From assembly GCA_963823805.1 (NCBI GenBank), contig CAWGMW010000002.1, positions 255,845 through 319,844 on the forward strand: a stretch of 64,000 nucleotides of DNA, written 5' to 3'. A model generated the notes under the pieces. That model saw only the letters and a list, made by a program, of their open reading frames with translations, ran no database searches and had not been told where the DNA came from. Each line of letters begins with the position of its first letter. The stretch's first letter is position 1. Made by a program: the position numbers and the translations under genes. The DNA is from an uncultured Acidobacteriaceae bacterium (GTDB taxonomy: Bacteria; Acidobacteriota; Terriglobia; Terriglobales; Acidobacteriaceae). Shown here piece by piece: positions 18,402-26,152 of this stretch.

Positions 18402-18863
18402 TCATCTGCCCGCACGACTCCGCAGGTGGAGAGGCATGGGGTCTTGAGCGCCACGGGCGGCGGAGCTAAAGGGATATGCTTGCGGCGTCGCCGCAAGCCC
18501 TCGCCGTACCGGGTTGTCTTCGATATAGCGCACACTATTGGCAAACTTCTCTTCACTCATGATCTGGCTCTCGTTGAAGCTGCGCATCCACACTTCGACC
18601 TTGCTCTTCAGACGGAAGGAGAAGCCGCCCTTGATGAATTGCACAGCTTTTTCCAGCGACACTTCTGGCTCGGGTGTGATCAAGGCGTGAAAATGGTCAG
18701 GCATGATGACGAATGCGTGCAAGAGAAATTTTCCCTGACTGTGATAGTCGAGGATAGTTCGCTCCAGCAGCTCCGCTGTGGCTGTGATCTGAAAGAGCCT
18801 GCGGCGTTGTGCCGTCACCGCAGTCACCAGATATGTACGGGTTTCCTGAGGCGCGAATCGCAT
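18402..18863 (-). CDS. REP-associated tyrosine transposase (RAYT; IS200/IS605 TnpA-like Y1 HUH enzyme)
   Basis: HUH motif (VIMPDHFHALITP) and catalytic-Tyr region (SVRYIEDNPVRRGLA). Length is 153 aa, and it is flanked by inverted REP hairpins. Confidence 0.82.
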   Translation of the reverse strand: MRFAPQETRTYLVTAVTAQRRRLFQITATAELLERTILDYHSQGKFLLHAFVIMPDHFHALITPEPEVSLEKAVQFIKGGFSFRLKSKVEVWMRSFNESQIMSEEKFANSVRYIEDNPVRRGLAATPQAYPFSSAARGAQDPMPLHLRSRAGR

Positions 18864-18920
18864 CCTGGGATCATAAACGAAAGGCCCGCGGCTAAAGCCA
18901 CCATGATTGAATGCCTGCAG

Positions 18921-18949
18921 TCAGGAGCCTCAAGGCTCCTGCTCCCTCC
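18921..18949 (-). repeat. REP-like palindromic element (right copy, inverted)
   Basis: TCAGGAGCCTCAAGGCTCCTGCTCCCTCC. It overlaps the last codons of lnt, and the lnt stop (TCA at 18930-18932 on plus) sits in the hairpin loop. Confidence 0.7.
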
Positions 18950-20648
18950 GCGGTCCAGCCCTCTGGCGCAGAGGCCGTCCTCCTGCCCACACCACAATCC
19001 CCAAACTCAATGCGCCACACAGCCACGCAAACACGTCGCCGTGAGCGGTATAGAAGGTGATGCGGTCGCGGAAGCTGAATTCGGCCGGCAGCGCGTCGAC
19101 CTCGTGGCGAGGAATGCTCTGGCGCACGCGGCCGTAAGGATCGATGGCCGCGGTGACCCCGGTGTTGGTGTCGCGCAGCAGCCAGCGGCGGTTTTCGACG
19201 GCGCGCATGCGAGCCATGTTGAGGTGCTGCCACGGTGCGCTGGTGTCGCCGTACCATCCGTCGTCGCTGATGTTCACCAGCACTTCGGCGCCGTTGCGCG
19301 CGAGCTGGCGGACCTCATCGGCGAAAACGGCTTCATAGCAAATGAAAACGCCGTAGCGATGAAGTCCACCGTTTTGCGTGTCGAGCAGAAAAACTTTGTG
19401 CTCACTGCCGCGGTCGAACAGGCCGACGCGCCCGGTGAGTTTGTGGGCAAAGGTCAACAGGTTCTGGAACGGAATGTATTCGCCGAAGGGGACGAGGTGG
19501 ATTTTGTCGTAGCGGCCGGCCATCTGGCCATTGGCGTCGAAAATAAAGGCGGAGTTGTATTCGTGCCACGCATTTTCCTCCTGCGAGAAATCGGAGCCGA
19601 TGCCGCCGACCACGAGCGGCGCCTGCGTGGTGAGAGCGATCGAACGCATGGCCTGCTTGAAGCTGAGATCGTCTTCAATAAATGGCGCGGGCGATTCCGG
19701 CCAGACGACGAGATCGGGATGCGTGGGATACGGCGGGCAGGTGATTTCGCCCGTTGGCGCGCCGGTTTGCGGAATGCCGGCGATGTACGATTTGCACTCT
19801 TCGCCGGCCAGGCGCGTGAATTCCGCGATATGGCGATCCCACTCCGCGCCCCGCCAGTTGTTGCCTGCGCCCACATCGAGATTCGGCTGAATCAGAACGG
19901 CAGTAGCAGTGGGGTCGGGAATCGGAGGCGGAACAAATACTCCGGCGAAACCGGAGATGAGCAGAACTGCGCCGCATGCGGCCCATGCCCAGCGGCCTGC
20001 GAGGCGGCTTTTTTGGCCGCGCTCGACCAGCAAAGCACCGGCAAGGAGCGCGTTCACTGCGACAAGAACGAAGGTAATGCCGTAGACGCCTGCGAACGGT
20101 GCAAGCTGGTTGACGAGCACGTTGTCGATTTGCGAGTAGCCGAGTTGGTCCCAGGGAACGCTCGTAATGTGCGCGCCGGCGAGATCGAGGCCGGCCCAGA
20201 GGAACGGCGCAAAAATCAGCGCCATGCGCACGGATCCAGTGGCGCGGCGGACCAGCAAAACACCAAAGCCGAAGAGGCCGAAGTAAAGTCCGAGGACGAG
20301 GCTGAATCCCAGAGTGAGCAGTTCCGGCGCCAGGGGCGGCATGTCGCCGTAGTGCATCATGGTGTCGCGAATCCAATAGCAGTTGCCCACATACCACAGG
20401 ACGCCGCACAGGTAGGAGATGAAGAACGCGCGGCGGAGAGGATGCTTGCGGCGGGAATTCGCAGCGGAGAGAAGACCCCAGAGAAGCGGCACCAGGGCAA
20501 ACCAGGCAAAGACGGAGCGCCAAGGGGGCATTGGTCCGGCAAACGGGAAGGGCAACTCGAGCAAGCCAGCGGAGAGTCCCGCAGCCGCCCACGGCTTCCA
20601 GTCCCAGGAAGAAGACGACGATTGCATACACCGGCGAGTGTAAAACAT
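18930..20648 (-). CDS. lnt: apolipoprotein N-acyltransferase
   Basis: N-terminal multi-TM domain plus a CN-hydrolase domain with the Lnt catalytic Cys context (GVFICYEAVFADE). The start could instead be the ATG at 20627. Confidence 0.9.
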   Translation of the reverse strand: MFYTRRCMQSSSSSWDWKPWAAAGLSAGLLELPFPFAGPMPPWRSVFAWFALVPLLWGLLSAANSRRKHPLRRAFFISYLCGVLWYVGNCYWIRDTMMHYGDMPPLAPELLTLGFSLVLGLYFGLFGFGVLLVRRATGSVRMALIFAPFLWAGLDLAGAHITSVPWDQLGYSQIDNVLVNQLAPFAGVYGITFVLVAVNALLAGALLVERGQKSRLAGRWAWAACGAVLLISGFAGVFVPPPIPDPTATAVLIQPNLDVGAGNNWRGAEWDRHIAEFTRLAGEECKSYIAGIPQTGAPTGEITCPPYPTHPDLVVWPESPAPFIEDDLSFKQAMRSIALTTQAPLVVGGIGSDFSQEENAWHEYNSAFIFDANGQMAGRYDKIHLVPFGEYIPFQNLLTFAHKLTGRVGLFDRGSEHKVFLLDTQNGGLHRYGVFICYEAVFADEVRQLARNGAEVLVNISDDGWYGDTSAPWQHLNMARMRAVENRRWLLRDTNTGVTAAIDPYGRVRQSIPRHEVDALPAEFSFRDRITFYTAHGDVFAWLCGALSLGIVVWAGGRPLRQRAGPRREQEP

Positions 20649-20671
20649 TGAACTGGGTTAGAATCGACAAC

Positions 20672-20797
20672 ATGATCCTGGCGATCGCTGCAATTCGGCT
20701 GCTGGAAGCGATGTTCTTCTTCGGGATGATCGGGTCGGCAGTGGTGGTGCTGATCAGCTTCTTTGAAGACGGGAAAGAACTTTTCGGCAAAGACTAG
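20672..20797 (+). CDS. possible small membrane protein (41 aa)
   Basis: MILAIAAIRLLEAMFFFGMIGSAVVVLISFFEDGKELFGKD has one strongly hydrophobic helix and a charged tail. It is divergent from lnt, has no clear SD, and I recognise no homology. Confidence 0.3.
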   Translation: MILAIAAIRLLEAMFFFGMIGSAVVVLISFFEDGKELFGKD

Positions 20798-20998
20798 TTT
20801 CGCGCCAAAGAGCCACTGACACGGCCATCCGTTCGACGGATCATCCCATCGCACCCAACCTGCAACCTTCCTCGTTCCGGCCGTTCGGGATGGGCATAAG
20901 TGCCTGAAATCAGGGACTTGGTTCCCGGCTCGCGTTTGCCCGAGAGAACGGAAATGCGCCCGGCGGAGCGGCGTGAATCAAGCGATATTTATTTGTCG

Positions 20999-21027
20999 TT
21001 GACACTGCTTTGATTGAAAATTAGACT
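20999..21027 (+). promoter_or_regulatory. sigma-70-like promoter TTGACA-17 nt-TAGACT upstream of the APC permease
   Basis: TTGACA at 20999-21004, a 17-nt spacer, and TAGACT at 21022-21027. It lies 68 nt upstream of the ATG at 21095. Consensus match only. Confidence 0.35.
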
Positions 21028-21094
21028 CGTCGCAGAGCGGTGGTTTCGCTTAAACGATTTTGACCACCGGCGGCGCCTCGCCGGACCCTTCGCG

Positions 21095-23455
21095 ATGGCC
21101 TCAAACCGAACGACCGTAGCTCCCCCAAACGACCGCGTGAGGCTGATCGTCGCCTCCTCGGTGATGCTCACTTTCATCTCCTTCTGGCGCGCGGCCGCCA
21201 TCGTTCTCAATGACCTGGGCTCTTCGGCCTTCTACGCCGGCGGCATCGCCGAACAGGCAGTGGGAGCCGCCGCTCCCTGGTTCATTCTCGGCATCATGCT
21301 GTTCAGCTTCGCGGTGCGCGCGGTGTACGTCGAGAGCTGTTCGATGTTCACTCGCGGCGGCGTTTACCGCGTGGTCAAAGAGGCACTCGGAGGCGGATTC
21401 GCCAAGCTCAGCGTTTCGGCGCTGATGTTCGACTACATTCTTACCGGGCCGATCTCCGGCGTGTCTGCCGGCCAATACATCACCGGCATGATCAACGAGC
21501 TGTTGACGGTGGCCAACCAAAGCCACTGGCTGCCGCCGGCTCTGATAAGCGCAAGCGGCCAACCCATCCAGTTCAACATGGATTACACCTCGGCGCTGCT
21601 GGGCGCTGTGGTGACGATCTACTACTGGTGGCAGAACATAAAGGGGATCGAAGAGTCCAGCGACAAGGCGCTGCGAGTCATGCAGATCACCACGATCATG
21701 GTGGTCATCCTGTTCGTCTGGGGCACATATACGGTCTGGTTGCGCGGCGCGCAATTGCCTCCATCTCCCATCCCGTCTCACCTCCATTTCAGTGACGATG
21801 CGCTCGGCTTCCTGCGCGGAAGAGGATTGCCGATCTTCGGGTTCTTTGGAATCCTCATGGCCTTCGGTCACTCCATTCTGGCCATGAGCGGCGAGGAAAG
21901 CCTGGCGCAGGTCAACCGCGAAATTGCGCATCCCAAGCTTAAGAATCTGAAGCGCGCGGCAATCGTCATCGCCATCTACAGCCTGATCTTCACCGGCGGC
22001 GGCACGCTGCTGGCTTCAATGCTGATTCCGAACGGTCCGCGGACAACCATCTACCAGGACAACCTGATCGCCGGCCTGGCCATGTATATGGCGGGACCGA
22101 TGTTTTGGCGCATTGCCTTCCGCATCTTCGTGGTGGTAGTCGGATTCCTGATTCTTTCGGGCGCCATCAATACATCGATCATCGGCTCGACGGGCGTGCT
22201 GATGCGCGTTGCCGAGGATGGCGTGCTCACCGACTGGTTCCGCAAGCCGCATGCGCGTTTCGGCACCAGCTATCGCATCGTCAACCTGGTCCTCGTCCTG
22301 CAAATGTTCACGATTATCGTGAGCCGTGGCAACATCATCATGCTGGGCGAGGCGTATGCCTTCGGCGTCATCTGGTCGTTCACCTTCAACGGCTTGTCGA
22401 TGCTGGTGCTGCGCTGGAAGTACCACGGCGAACGCGGGTGGAAGGTTCCACCCAATATCCGCATCGGCAAGACTGAGATTCCGCTGGGCCTGCTGTCGGT
22501 CTTCATGGTGCTGCTGTCCGTGGCCACAGTTAACCTGTTCACCAAGTCGGTTGCCACCATCAGCGGCATCTTGTTTTCGATTGCGTTCTTCATCATCTTC
22601 ACCATTTCAGAGCGCGTGAACCTGCGCCGGCACGAGCTGACCGCGCGGCAAATGAAGGACCACTTCCAGCTTGAGCACCAGGAGACGATCAGCCGCGAGT
22701 CGACCGCCATCCGGCCTGGTGGCGTGATCGTGACCATGCGCGACGAGGCCAATCCGCTGGCGTTGAAGTGGACGCTGGGGCGGACGAGCACTGTGGATCG
22801 GGACGTGGTGGTGGTGAGCGTGCGCCTGATGGGCGTGGGCGGTCCGGAGTATTTGAGCGCCGAGCAGCAGAGTTTCAGCGAGCACGAGCAGATGCTCTTC
22901 ACCAAGGCGGTCTCGGTAGCGGAGAGTTTCGGCAAGAGAGTTTCTCTGCTGGTGGTGCCGGCGGGCGATGTGTTTGCAGCGCTGGTGCAGACGGCAAATT
23001 CGCTCGAGGTCGAGTCGGTGGTTGCCGGGCAATCGAGTTCGATGACCGCCGAGGACCAGGCGTTCCACATGGGTCAGGCCTGGGAGGCGCTACCCGAACC
23101 GAAAAGACAATTCAACTTCTACGTGATCGGCGCATCCGGCGAGACCAAGGTGTTCTACATCGGTCCGCACGCGCCTGCGCTTGGTCCTGAGGACGTGGAG
23201 CTCGTCCACCGTTTATGGCTCAACATGCGGCGCGATCCCTTGGCGGCGGATCTGCATCACAGCGACATCATCACCTACGCATTGACGCGCCTGGCCAGCC
23301 ACTATGCGCGGGAGAAGCAGGAGATCCTGCGCGACCTGCGCAATTGCAGCGCCGGTAAATCGCGCGTTCCCATGAAGCTCGGCATGCAGGACTCGCACGG
23401 CCCAGACGAGATCGTGCAATCGCCTCGCGCGATCAAGCAGACGCGTGACCAGTAA
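21095..23455 (+). CDS. APC-superfamily amino acid permease fused to a C-terminal universal-stress-protein-like domain
   Basis: About 12 TM segments (FISFWRAAAIVLNDLGSSAFYAGG...), then a soluble ~250-aa tail with Usp-like strands (VIVTMRDEANP, RDVVVVSVRLMG, VSLLVVPAGDVFAALVQTANSLEVESVVAG). Start set at MASNRTT, downstream of the predicted promoter. Confidence 0.82.
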   Translation: MASNRTTVAPPNDRVRLIVASSVMLTFISFWRAAAIVLNDLGSSAFYAGGIAEQAVGAAAPWFILGIMLFSFAVRAVYVESCSMFTRGGVYRVVKEALGGGFAKLSVSALMFDYILTGPISGVSAGQYITGMINELLTVANQSHWLPPALISASGQPIQFNMDYTSALLGAVVTIYYWWQNIKGIEESSDKALRVMQITTIMVVILFVWGTYTVWLRGAQLPPSPIPSHLHFSDDALGFLRGRGLPIFGFFGILMAFGHSILAMSGEESLAQVNREIAHPKLKNLKRAAIVIAIYSLIFTGGGTLLASMLIPNGPRTTIYQDNLIAGLAMYMAGPMFWRIAFRIFVVVVGFLILSGAINTSIIGSTGVLMRVAEDGVLTDWFRKPHARFGTSYRIVNLVLVLQMFTIIVSRGNIIMLGEAYAFGVIWSFTFNGLSMLVLRWKYHGERGWKVPPNIRIGKTEIPLGLLSVFMVLLSVATVNLFTKSVATISGILFSIAFFIIFTISERVNLRRHELTARQMKDHFQLEHQETISRESTAIRPGGVIVTMRDEANPLALKWTLGRTSTVDRDVVVVSVRLMGVGGPEYLSAEQQSFSEHEQMLFTKAVSVAESFGKRVSLLVVPAGDVFAALVQTANSLEVESVVAGQSSSMTAEDQAFHMGQAWEALPEPKRQFNFYVIGASGETKVFYIGPHAPALGPEDVELVHRLWLNMRRDPLAADLHHSDIITYALTRLASHYAREKQEILRDLRNCSAGKSRVPMKLGMQDSHGPDEIVQSPRAIKQTRDQ

Positions 23456-23682
23456 AAACTGTGAACACTGGCCACACCATTTGGCGGAGTTTCAATTCAG
23501 ATTCGGCGAGCCAAGAATCCGAAACGATCCGAGGCAACGGTCACTGGAGCCAGTCTCTTGGTGACTCCGGACGGCCTGTATCCGCCTGAGCAGATTGCCA
23601 ACGATGGACTCAAATTTTGCGCGATCCGCTGCCGGAAAGTATTCTACTATTATGATGTAGAAGAGGATAACGGTCCTGCTCG

Positions 23683-23925
23683 ATGGCAAAGAAAAGCGCA
23701 TTTGACATTGCGAAGCCCAGAATCCGCAATCATATTGACGAAGACGCGAAACGTGCAATCGCTCAGTCCAAGGAAAACGTCCTGAACTTCGCAGACATTG
23801 GAGACGAGGATGCTTTTGTGGCTCAGATAAAGGCGGCGCACCCAAGAATCAGCCCGCGTGAGCTTTTAGAGAAGATTCGACTTTTCCGCGAACTGAAACG
23901 GATTCGTTCACGCGGCGGCTCCTAG
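23683..23925 (+). CDS. hypothetical small protein (80 aa) in a low-GC islet
   Basis: ORF with a charged, helical-looking composition. It overlaps the convergent 86-aa ORF by 77 nt, so at most moderate support. Confidence 0.35.
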   Translation: MAKKSAFDIAKPRIRNHIDEDAKRAIAQSKENVLNFADIGDEDAFVAQIKAAHPRISPRELLEKIRLFRELKRIRSRGGS

Positions 23926-24109
23926 ACTCCTCCAGGATCGCCGCTGAGCGTTTCTTGTACTGCCGTAATTGGCTCGGACTCATGGCTCTGATACGGCGGT
24001 CAAAAAAGGACTCAAACTCGCTGAGTATTTCTTCTTCACGCGAGATTGCAGTAGGCTTTGTCTTGACAGAGCCTGTCTTTCGAATACGCGCCCGCGCCGG
24101 GCTTGCCAT
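23849..24109 (-). CDS. hypothetical small protein (86 aa) in a low-GC islet
   Basis: ORF only; I recognise no family. Overlaps the 3' end of 23683-23925. Confidence 0.3.
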   Translation of the reverse strand: MASPARARIRKTGSVKTKPTAISREEEILSEFESFFDRRIRAMSPSQLRQYKKRSAAILEESRSRRVNESVSVRGKVESSLKAHAG

Positions 24110-24269
24110 ACCAAATTCCTATCTCGTTGCGTTCAGGCCACTCTGAACGGTGTGATGATCGATGGGGAGATCAATCCCCTAATCCGATTCATCCTCTTAG
24201 AGAGAGTCCGCTTCGTGGTCCTAGCGGGGTGCCTTATAAGCTCCAACGGTTAGCGTTCACGGCGCTACA

Positions 24270-24294
24270 GGTTCAAATCCCACTCTCTCCGCCC
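24270..24294 (+). other. tRNA-Ser-like 3' fragment (T-loop, 3' T-stem and acceptor strand): possible integration-site remnant
   Basis: GG-TTCAAAT-CCCAC-TCTCTCC-G-CC matches the 3' end of GGAGAGA-type tRNA-Ser genes. The 5' T-stem partner (needs GTGGG, sequence has ACAGG) and the rest of the tRNA are absent. Confidence 0.45.
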
Positions 24295-24604
24295 AAATCT
24301 CTGCAACCATCCGCTTCTAAGCCCTTTTGTTTCTGCAATAGTTTCACCATTAGCGGTGCAACTATCTGATTGGAATAATAGCCCAAAGCGCAGTTTATTA
24401 CCACAGCATTGTGTGATTTTCTTTGCGATTGCTCACGTTTCTGCAAGCTTCCGCCGCGCGCAACGTCCAAGGCCATTCTGTGTGATTAGGATATTTACCA
24501 GGGATTAGCAATTCGTGTTTGGCGATTAGCGCCGCCGCTGGGCCCGACTTTGAACAAACTTGGCTAGCGCGGTTCAGACGAAAAAACTGAGGCCGTCGCC
24601 TTCC

Positions 24605-25315
24605 CTACACCGCGACTTCGTCTCCGGGCTTCCAGTGCACTACCTTTACGCCGGGCGCGACCAATGCCGCCAGTTCCGCCGGGGTGCCCTTGAGCGGAGG
24701 AAACGTTCCGAAGTGGATGGGAAGAACAGTCTCGGGCTCCAGAAGGCGGCAGGCAAGCGCGGCTTGCTGCGGTCCCATCGTATAGAAGCCGCCGATCGGC
24801 AGCATGACAACACGAGGCTGGTAGAGCTCGCGAATCAGTTGCATATCGCCAAAGACGGACGTGTCTCCCGCGTGATAGAGCACGGGACCTCCGGCGACGG
24901 CGAGGACGAAGCCAGTGGCGACGCCCACGTAGTGCGTGCCCTTTTCGTCGGCAGCCGCGGCGGAATGCTTCGCATCGACCATGGTCGCCGTCACGCCGTC
25001 GAGCTCAACGGAGCCGCCCAAATTCATTCCCATCGTCTGGCTCACACCTTGGCCCGCGATGTAGTCGGCCAGCTCGTAGATCGCCACCACGGTGGACCCG
25101 TGCTTCTTGGCGACGGGCGCGGCGTCAGAGATGTGGTCGCCATGGCCGTGCGTGAGCAGGACGTATTGGATCTTCTCGGGCAGCCCGAAGCCCTGCGGGT
25201 ACTTGGGATTGTGTGCGATGAAGGGATCGATCAGGATATTGGTTCCCTGTGGAGTTTGAATAAGGACGGTGGCGTGTCCAAGCCAGGTGATGCGCGTTGC
25301 CTGCGATTTACTCAA
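24605..25315 (-). CDS. UPF0173-family metal-dependent hydrolase (MBL fold)
   Basis: ITWLGHATVLIQTPQGTNILIDPF and the zinc motif LLTHGHGDHISDA. Start assigned to TTG at 25315, preceded by GGAGG. The 335-aa ORF upstream of that has no MBL homology. Confidence 0.85.
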   Translation of the reverse strand: MSKSQATRITWLGHATVLIQTPQGTNILIDPFIAHNPKYPQGFGLPEKIQYVLLTHGHGDHISDAAPVAKKHGSTVVAIYELADYIAGQGVSQTMGMNLGGSVELDGVTATMVDAKHSAAAADEKGTHYVGVATGFVLAVAGGPVLYHAGDTSVFGDMQLIRELYQPRVVMLPIGGFYTMGPQQAALACRLLEPETVLPIHFGTFPPLKGTPAELAALVAPGVKVVHWKPGDEVAV

Positions 25316-25340
25316 TGGAACCTCCAAGAAAAATGCTTTG

Positions 25341-25368
25341 TAGCTAGTAGCCGGTAGCCGGCGACCGG
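25341..25368. repeat. 4 tandem heptamers TAGCTAG TAGCCGG TAGCCGG CGACCGG
   Basis: Read directly, 26 nt upstream of the MBL hydrolase start. Plus-strand TAG at 25341, 25345, 25348 and 25355 covers all three frames and ends the 265-aa antisense ORF 24560-25357. Confidence 0.7.
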
Positions 25369-25638
25369 CAGCTCTTCGCTTTTCGATTCTAGTTTGCGGC
25401 TTCGGGACCGCCTGTGAAAAGACCCTCCATGGGCCAACCCAAACTTTCGGGACGGAGCTGCTGCACGCAATCATCCGCACCGTCAACAACTTAGCAGCAC
25501 ACCCGCCGTTCACCTCGAATCCAGACAACGCCAACCCGGAATCCACCGGTAAACCACCCTCCATGCATTGTGCCCACGGCCAACCCAGGGCAAAGTCGAG
25601 ACACAAATTCATCGGAGCGCTGCTCCCGGAGGTTAGTC

Positions 25639-26058
25639 ATGAAAAAGTCAATGTATTTCGCAGGATTGCTCTCAGTCGTCGTCGCGCTGGTGCTGGCCGC
25701 ACCGGCAGTTGCTCAACAGAACTCCTACACCATCCATGTTCCATTCCAATTCAGAGTCGATGCCCGGGTACTGCCCGCCGGCGACTACCGCATCGGCATC
25801 GCGGCTCCTGGAACGGTGCAGATTCGCGGCATCGATCACTCTGCAAACGCAACGTTCGTTGCCCCGGGCTTGAACCGGTCGTCTCACGAGGCTCAGAACG
25901 CGGAGCTCAGGTTCCACCGGTATGGACGGCAGTACTTCTTGTCCCAGGTGTGGTTCAGCAACGGTGACACCGGTTACGAGTTGTACGTCACGAATACCGA
26001 GCGCGAGTTCGCCGAAAAAGTCCCCAACACCGAAATGGTTCTTCGCGCGGCAAAATAA
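25639..26058 (+). CDS. secreted hypothetical protein (139 aa)
   Basis: Signal peptide MKKSMYFAGLLSVVVALVLAAPAVAQ, and followed by a strong terminator. I recognise no family. Confidence 0.65.
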   Translation: MKKSMYFAGLLSVVVALVLAAPAVAQQNSYTIHVPFQFRVDARVLPAGDYRIGIAAPGTVQIRGIDHSANATFVAPGLNRSSHEAQNAELRFHRYGRQYFLSQVWFSNGDTGYELYVTNTEREFAEKVPNTEMVLRAAK

Positions 26059-26081
26059 GGAAGCCGGCAATCGCGCATTCG

Positions 26082-26110
26082 AGGCCCGGAGCAATCCGGG
26101 CCTTTTCTTT
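26082..26110 (+). terminator. rho-independent terminator
   Basis: AGGCCCGGA-GCAA-TCCGGGCCT followed by TTTCTTT, 24 nt after the stop at 26058. Confidence 0.65.
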
Positions 26111-26152
26111 GCGGACCATTCGAAAATCAATTTCAGGCGCGCAACTTGCTGG

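Larger units (their letters stand above)
18328..18949 (-). mobile_element. REP - RAYT - REP module
   Basis: A RAYT gene bracketed by two 29-nt REP copies in inverted orientation, which is the typical REP/RAYT arrangement. The module is inserted between the 3' end of lnt and a truncated mqsA-like gene. Confidence 0.7.

Noticed and set aside
18426-20651. 741-aa ORF on the plus strand
   Set aside because: It is exactly antisense to lnt (18930-20648), which has clear family motifs. The composition is Arg/Ala/Gly-rich with no recognisable domain. This is a typical GC-driven shadow ORF. The same reasoning applies to 97-867(-), 10065-11000(-), 10997-11905(-), 30343-31479(+), 32005-32898(+), 38745-39722(-), 40854-41645(+), 55448-56299(-), 58086-59030(+), 59905-61041(-) and 60290-61366(-).
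24165-24295. Possible full-length or intron-containing tRNA / tRNA-like RNA
   Set aside because: I tried to fold it by hand. The upstream GGGGAGA does not complement TCTCTCC, the 5' T-stem partner is wrong (ACAGG, not GTGGG), and an alternative type-II fold gives a mismatched anticodon stem and no CCA-compatible end. Only the 3' 25 nt are tRNA-like.
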